DNA of 64,000 nucleotides from a virus: IMG/VR virus record IMGVR_UViG_3300007513_001104; one strand, 5' to 3'. Shown piece by piece: positions 59,801 to 64,000 of this stretch (position 1 is its first letter; each line of letters starts with the position of its first letter). The notes under the pieces were generated by a model. It saw only the letters and a program-made list of their open reading frames with translations, ran no database searches and was not told where the DNA came from. The position numbers and the translations under genes were made by a program.

Positions 59801-59948
59801 ATTATCAGATAAGGATGATTGGTACATATCTAAAACAATGTACCCTGGCAACAATGTTAAAGATAATGATTTAAGTTTTTATATGATGGCGGGTAGAACC
59901 CAAGGTAAATTACAAAAAATGATAGACAGTCAATATAATAGGGAGTAA
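56859..59948 (+). CDS. Large exported acidic protein: nidogen-like N-terminal domain, 4x Cys repeats, 3x WY repeats, Glu- and Gln-rich linkers
   Basis: Signal peptide ending VSA; STNG..F / YPMWTDL / FEAIL pattern; repeats visible directly. Confidence 0.75.
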   Translation: MERIKQFIIAGLLLCASWGVSADNNSDCANSQSCYNSGVYIYEGSQDLVDLYNMSGTTNLNASDDSWSPQVDLGMEWDRWDQTWGHAKMSTNGCVNFRGGSSGGNSNVCNDYTPQSLPYRNYTLYPMWTDLIRGTASGGQTSKMLFKDFGDYVVFGWYYMKEFNRNSSNSFEAILYANNSYEYRYRELDIINHDVLIGEQGNNSTTPSDTKTFLYYNDYTQALGGCQTFDMFLEGASQCNTQYGNAGGPDLENGGSLFSGSFEDMCELNALYSTNCSGYAAAYLAQQCALDALYNSACSGYAAAYLAQQCALNTLYDEDCTGYAAALLIYECDLDVFYSTQCDGYASALAQEEALYDAIYGTDEDYGYDDGSDDGSDYGYDEYGNAYAEEDMWYDEEYGEYLDPNDPCYQNACADFTDADWYALDIEQFGQEQVDEWYGQDVEFSDEGYIDYGTQTEEEYWTNIDEGMDEYDQEQQEMYDSFTEEDWYAYDVEEYGQEQVDEWYGTEVEFTEDGTFAYEEEQFYEEEQFEEQYSEEIYLTDAEWYEIDIEEFGQEQVDEWYGEDVTFDEEGYIPETHWEEMYEEELLAQNLTQEEIYILEEEVGVEIFVEEEWVPEEENEIYEEVLEDYEREALEEQEEEIFEDFDETYDEEELYIEEDEAFEDLIDEEELEELINEEHEEEFFEEEEQQEEEQQESKQIYAGPTNSGQGTQVAQQELQTFTAQVAQQEQQQEQQTIQQAVSQDSSSSSSQAVVAEIDFGGTQEEQQTVAEVIQEQLDDGSGSTTGGSFDSNSYSSGSSSSGSSGFVASSSQQEQITQSTGNSFIAEQQEQQTGQSQIQVAEVESGPAVTAFEVAEQQQETQEEQQELTFDDGSNFTVADQNFESSFDDALGAGQSIGQFLSNQQPNFAKFDVAPPTVDEQQVTSAVESLADRMGSQVAAQNLQTQLDNVQQGGGFDVDQTATVAFIGYSSGFSDYTGQEQLSDKDDWYISKTMYPGNNVKDNDLSFYMMAGRTQGKLQKMIDSQYNRE

Positions 59949-59951
59949 AAA

Positions 59952-60299
59952 ATGGCAGAAGAAAAACAAATAGCACTTAAAGAATCAAGCCAAATAACTC
60001 TAGACGTAAAAAGTTTAATAGGCATACTTGCCATTATTCTATCAATAGCAGGTGTATATTTTACACTAACAGGATCGTTAGCAACAACAAAGTTAGATGT
60101 TATTAGAATGCAAGATGCTGTAGAAATGAACTCTGAGTTTAGAGTTAAATGGCCAAGAGGTGAACTCGGTGCTTTGCCTGATGATGCGGTTCAAGATTTA
60201 AATATTGAGTATCTTCAAAAGGAGATGGATCAATTACAAAAAGAATTTGATGAACACATGAAGGCGCATAATAAAAATAGTAAGAAATTAGGAGACTAA
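59952..60299 (+). CDS. Single-TM coiled-coil protein
   Basis: TM LIGILAIILSIAGVYF; KWPRGELG motif; GGGAG SD. Confidence 0.7.
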   Translation: MAEEKQIALKESSQITLDVKSLIGILAIILSIAGVYFTLTGSLATTKLDVIRMQDAVEMNSEFRVKWPRGELGALPDDAVQDLNIEYLQKEMDQLQKEFDEHMKAHNKNSKKLGD

Positions 60300-60300
60300 G

Positions 60301-60732
60301 ATGGCAGAAGTAGAATATAAAGGGCTTAAAATAGGAGGCAGTCAATGGCTTATTATCCTACCTTTACTAGGCTCTATAGTAGGTGGCCTCTGGGGAGGCT
60401 TTCAATTGTATGATAGACTTCTAGACGCAGAAGCAAAACTAGCAAAAGTTAATCCAGTTGCAATACAAGCAGAAGTAGAAAAGCTACAAGGTATAACTGA
60501 TGTAATAAGAGAAGAGTTGGCAGAAGATATAAGGGTATCTAGTCAACTAGCTCGAGATGTTGAAAAGTCCGCAGCAGAGACACAACGAATAATTCGTAAC
60601 GATGTTTATGAGATGGAACGTGAAATGCAGTCCAGATTTAAAGAAATGGATGCAGACATTAGAGAAATGCGGGATGATCTAGAAGACAGGATACAAACGA
60701 TACTTGAAAACCCACTTAACGATGTGGAATAA
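60301..60732 (+). CDS. Single-TM coiled-coil protein
   Basis: TM WLIILPLLGSIVGGLWGGF; long heptad region; GGAG SD. Confidence 0.7.
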   Translation: MAEVEYKGLKIGGSQWLIILPLLGSIVGGLWGGFQLYDRLLDAEAKLAKVNPVAIQAEVEKLQGITDVIREELAEDIRVSSQLARDVEKSAAETQRIIRNDVYEMEREMQSRFKEMDADIREMRDDLEDRIQTILENPLNDVE

Positions 60733-60794
60733 GCTACCCATTTGGGTTATAGGTACACTCGTTTATGGTATAGGCGGGTTTTGTATGTATATGA

Positions 60795-61556
60795 TTATGT
60801 TTTGGACTTAAACGTACAAACAGGTATTGGCTTCATTTTGTGTATGTTTGCTTCTCTTAATTCCAAATATCTCTCATATACTTTCTCAGATAAAGGATCT
60901 GAAGGTGTTAAATTATTTTCTGCCACATTCATTGCCCATTCTAATTCAGAATAACTTATTCCTAACTGATCTTCATCAGTTCTTCCATCAGCCCACAAAC
61001 CATCTGTAGGTGCTGCATCTATTATGTCTTGATTGACACCTAATTTTTCTGCCAAATAATATACTTCTGTTTTTAATAGATCTCCTATAGGGCTTATATC
61101 AACTCCACCATCTCCATACTTAGTAAAGAACCCTACTCCAAAATCTTCTACTTTATTCCCTGTACCACATACTAGCATATTATTAGCTTGTGCTATGTGA
61201 TATAACGTTAGCATACGGAACCTGGCTTTAGAGTTTACTAATGCTAGCTCATTGCCACAACCCACCCTCGCCATCATTAGCTTAAAATTGTGCAATAATT
61301 GATTCAGTTCTACAGTTTTTGATCTAATATTATCGAAACGAAGACCTAATTCGTGCATATGAGTTTCTGCTAGTGTAACGCCCTTCTTATTGTGGATTTC
61401 AGGCATAAAAACTACTATCGTTGGTCTACCTGTCATAGCGCATAGAGTTGATGTTACTGCAGAGTCTACACCCCCTGATATTCCTACAACGAAGCCTTTA
61501 TCTGAATAGGCTTCTAGCCAGCTAATGATTTGCGATATTTTGTCTTGTGTTTCCAT
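60795..61556 (-). CDS. nadE: NH3-dependent NAD+ synthetase
   Basis: GISGGVDSA; N.KAR.RM; GTGNKVE; FFTKYGDGGVD; PTDGLW..TDEDQLG. Confidence 0.95.
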   Translation of the reverse strand: METQDKISQIISWLEAYSDKGFVVGISGGVDSAVTSTLCAMTGRPTIVVFMPEIHNKKGVTLAETHMHELGLRFDNIRSKTVELNQLLHNFKLMMARVGCGNELALVNSKARFRMLTLYHIAQANNMLVCGTGNKVEDFGVGFFTKYGDGGVDISPIGDLLKTEVYYLAEKLGVNQDIIDAAPTDGLWADGRTDEDQLGISYSELEWAMNVAENNLTPSDPLSEKVYERYLELREANIHKMKPIPVCTFKSKT

Positions 61557-62814
61557 AATGAATGACTTTTAATTTGTCATTTTTATATTCTCTCCAGGGA
61601 TCAACTACAATGGCATCTATATTTAGTTTACAATATAGTTCTGGATGAGCTAATAGGACGACAGCACTATGTGGTCCTTGGAAGAACCTATGATCCATTG
61701 CTAAAGGATCTACTTCTATTACTTCATGTCCTAATTCTTTAACATAATGACCTACCAACAATGAATAGCTTCCTGCTGTGTAACCAACTCCTGGTTTGTA
61801 TGATATTCCGTTAAGTAGTATAGGTAATCCTGCTTGCTCTGCTTCACTAACTAAAAACTTGGCTAAATTCTTAGCTTGTATCTCACGAGCATTCATAATA
61901 GCATCAAAGATGTCATATTCTAATCCTAAGTTCTGTGCCATGTAACGTAGAGCTATATTATCCCTTGGGTGACATGCTCCACCATCTCCCATGCCGGCCT
62001 TCATGTATGCTTTGCTTACAATACGTTGTCTGCTACTAGCTAATGCGTTTGTAACAACATCTACATTAATGTTACCTTGTTTCTCAGCAACATCTTGTAT
62101 CATATTAACTAAACCTATTTTCATACTGATAAATGTATTGTAAAATACTTTAATACATTCACATTCGTCCCAAGTGCCTATATGATATTCAGGATTGTTT
62201 TCCATAATAGTATGATAGAACTCAACTAACTGATTAGCATCTGCTGTTCTCTCGCCGTCTTGTGTACCTATCATTACCATATCAGGATTAACCATATCCC
62301 AGCCTACTGTGCCCATGGCAATTAAATAAGGGTTATATACGAACCTTGTATTAGTTACTAAAGGAATAAACTCTCGTCTAACTGTACCTGGCAATACTGT
62401 GCTTATTAACACGAGTAGTTGGCTATCGTCCATGTACTTATTTGCTTCTGTTAATACTTCTTGAACTATTTTATAGTCAAAGTCTTTAGGTTCTAAGTGA
62501 GCTGTAGGAGCTTTACCATCGTAAGCAGGATCGTGAGGTGTGGGTACTGCTACAAAGACTATTTCTCTGTCTGCAACACATTCTGCTATGGTATCTTTTT
62601 GTATAACGTTTTGTGTAAGAACTTTAACAACATCATAACCTGTAACGTCATGTTTCTTTGCTATTACCTCAGCACAAGGAAGGCCTAGTTTGCCTAGTCC
62701 TATAAATCCTATTTTACTTGATTGGGTTTGTAGGAGTTGATCTATATCTCCAAATGTTTCTAGTTTGCTTGACGGTGTGATTGTTATCGCCTCGGCTCCA
62801 CTATACGACTTCAT
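61522..62814 (-). CDS. UDP-glucose/GDP-mannose dehydrogenase family protein
   Basis: GLGKLG; VPTP; STV.PG; K..YN; GGACHPRD. Confidence 0.92.
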   Translation of the reverse strand: MKSYSGAEAITITPSSKLETFGDIDQLLQTQSSKIGFIGLGKLGLPCAEVIAKKHDVTGYDVVKVLTQNVIQKDTIAECVADREIVFVAVPTPHDPAYDGKAPTAHLEPKDFDYKIVQEVLTEANKYMDDSQLLVLISTVLPGTVRREFIPLVTNTRFVYNPYLIAMGTVGWDMVNPDMVMIGTQDGERTADANQLVEFYHTIMENNPEYHIGTWDECECIKVFYNTFISMKIGLVNMIQDVAEKQGNINVDVVTNALASSRQRIVSKAYMKAGMGDGGACHPRDNIALRYMAQNLGLEYDIFDAIMNAREIQAKNLAKFLVSEAEQAGLPILLNGISYKPGVGYTAGSYSLLVGHYVKELGHEVIEVDPLAMDHRFFQGPHSAVVLLAHPELYCKLNIDAIVVDPWREYKNDKLKVIHYGNTRQNIANH

Positions 62815-63550
62815 AATCTCTCTCTATATCTTCTTCACTCATTTGCTCTCCATACTGTATTTCAATAATGTGGCAAGGTTTGCTACTGTTATTTGTTATT
62901 TGGTGCCACTCTTCAGCTCGCACCGTAAATACATCATCCTCTTTTAGGACTCTTAATGTATATCTATATTTATCAGTTTTAGCATGCTTCACCATGCATT
63001 TTCCTTTACTTATAAACCAAATTTCGGATCTTTTAAAATGTCTTTGATAACTAATCTCTTCTCCTGGTGCAATTATAAGTTCTTTCACTTTAACCTTACC
63101 ATCTCGGAAGATAACTCTATAAGAACCCCAACGTTTTTTGGTTATTTGTAATATCTTAGAACTGCTGTTTTCTTTCTGATATCCACCTACACCATACACG
63201 AAGTTAATGCCTTTTACAAAGACTTCAGGGATATTATCACCTAAACGATCACCACCATTACAAAATATAATGGTATCGTCTTTATTAAACTTGAGTAGGT
63301 AATTTAGGCCAGCTATGGCTGAATTGTCTTTATCATCAAATGATTGTACTTCATCTACAAATTCAAGTGCTTTTAGTATAGCTGCTCTTTCACTGAATGG
63401 CATAAAAGGACTGCCTTTCTTACGTTTTAACCATTCATCGCTATTAAGGAGAACAACGAGTTTGTCTCCCATTTCACTTGCTTCTTTTAGTAGTCGTAAA
63501 TGTCCTGAATGTAAGGGATCGAAGCCACCGCTTACTACGGCTATCTTCAT
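62801..63550 (-). CDS. Cytidylyltransferase (HxGH) fused to a mannose-6-phosphate-isomerase-type cupin
   Basis: SGGFDPLHSGH; NGGDR; WG.Y..KVKEL..SYQRHFKRSEIW..EIQYG..EEDIER. Confidence 0.9.
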   Translation of the reverse strand: MKIAVVSGGFDPLHSGHLRLLKEASEMGDKLVVLLNSDEWLKRKKGSPFMPFSERAAILKALEFVDEVQSFDDKDNSAIAGLNYLLKFNKDDTIIFCNGGDRLGDNIPEVFVKGINFVYGVGGYQKENSSSKILQITKKRWGSYRVIFRDGKVKVKELIIAPGEEISYQRHFKRSEIWFISKGKCMVKHAKTDKYRYTLRVLKEDDVFTVRAEEWHQITNNSSKPCHIIEIQYGEQMSEEDIERDYEVV

Positions 63551-63813
63551 TTCTTCTTAGGTGGAAAGTAACCGTTATGCCAATGCTTAGGTTCTACCAA
63601 TCTCTGACCCGGTTCTCCATCCTCTTCCCAACCGTTAAGTAGATCACCCTGGAAGCCCTTAGGTTCATCATCCTTTCCCATAGCGTCTATAAGCATAGCT
63701 CTATAAGTTCCAGGAAAACCATAAGACGATATCTCATCAGGTTTAATCTTTTCTTTTACGTTCTTGGTTTTAGGACGACGAAGTTTACGCAGTAAGTTAG
63801 TTAAGAAAGCCAT
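63547..63813 (-). CDS. Hypothetical protein (start probably MAFLTN at 63813)
   Basis: ATGA coupling downstream; the longer track start overlaps another small ORF. Confidence 0.55.
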   Translation of the reverse strand: MAFLTNLLRKLRRPKTKNVKEKIKPDEISSYGFPGTYRAMLIDAMGKDDEPKGFQGDLLNGWEEDGEPGQRLVEPKHWHNGYFPPKKK

Positions 63814-63940
63814 ATATACCACACCATATATTAAGTATCGTCCATTCAAGGGGCACATAAAGTATCGGAACGAGGACGAGGCCTACCAATACGATCAACA
63901 ACCGATTATAATTATCACCTTCACTAAGCCAATTTCTCAT
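63797..63940 (-). CDS. 47-aa membrane peptide (MRNWLSEGDNYNRLLIVLVGLVLVPILYVPLEW...)
   Basis: Hand-translated; AGGAG SD; hydrophobic core. Confidence 0.55.
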   Translation of the reverse strand: MRNWLSEGDNYNRLLIVLVGLVLVPILYVPLEWTILNIWCGIYGFLN

Positions 63941-64000
63941 TTCACACACTTCTCCTATATTCAAGCTCTTTAGCATACCGCCACATATTATAATCTTCTT

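Noticed and set aside
2210-63973. Numerous short ORFs in the track lying opposite or within long genes
   Set aside because: Shadow ORFs of well-supported genes, with no recognisable motifs

Overview
This window is part of an AT-rich T4-like (myovirus) phage genome. A marine or aquatic heterotroph host is suggested by gene content but cannot be determined here. 1-27.2 kb is a virion module: fibre and structural genes, a DUF4815/VrlC-type protein, gp8, gp7, gp6, gp25, gp5, gp27-like, gp53 and gp48 on the minus strand, then gp4, gp2, gp54-like, gp26, gp51 and a tape-measure candidate on the plus strand. 27.3-38 kb holds a lysozyme, two Fe(II) oxygenases, a desaturase, gp32, gp59, gp33, an epimerase, a SleB hydrolase, small membrane and lipoproteins, an exonuclease and a DNA ligase. 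38-55.1 kb is a tightly packed ~17 kb minus-strand 'tailoring enzyme' operon headed by a T4 late promoter. It encodes six radical SAM enzymes with N-terminal twitch-like Cys motifs, a carbamoyltransferase, a tandem glycosyltransferase-like protein, a methyltransferase-like protein, a GNAT, an Asp/Asn beta-hydroxylase-like enzyme, a desaturase, two SGNH-like proteins and a minimal ABC ATPase. A divergent late operon (55.3-60.7 kb) encodes exported proteins, the first carrying a ~285-residue Asn-Thr alternating repeat. nadE and nucleotide-sugar genes close the window. Signals read directly from the DNA include a probable -1 frameshift joining gp26 to gp51, leaderless late mRNAs, and a structured gp32 leader. 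All family assignments come from motif recognition and synteny; no database searches were run.
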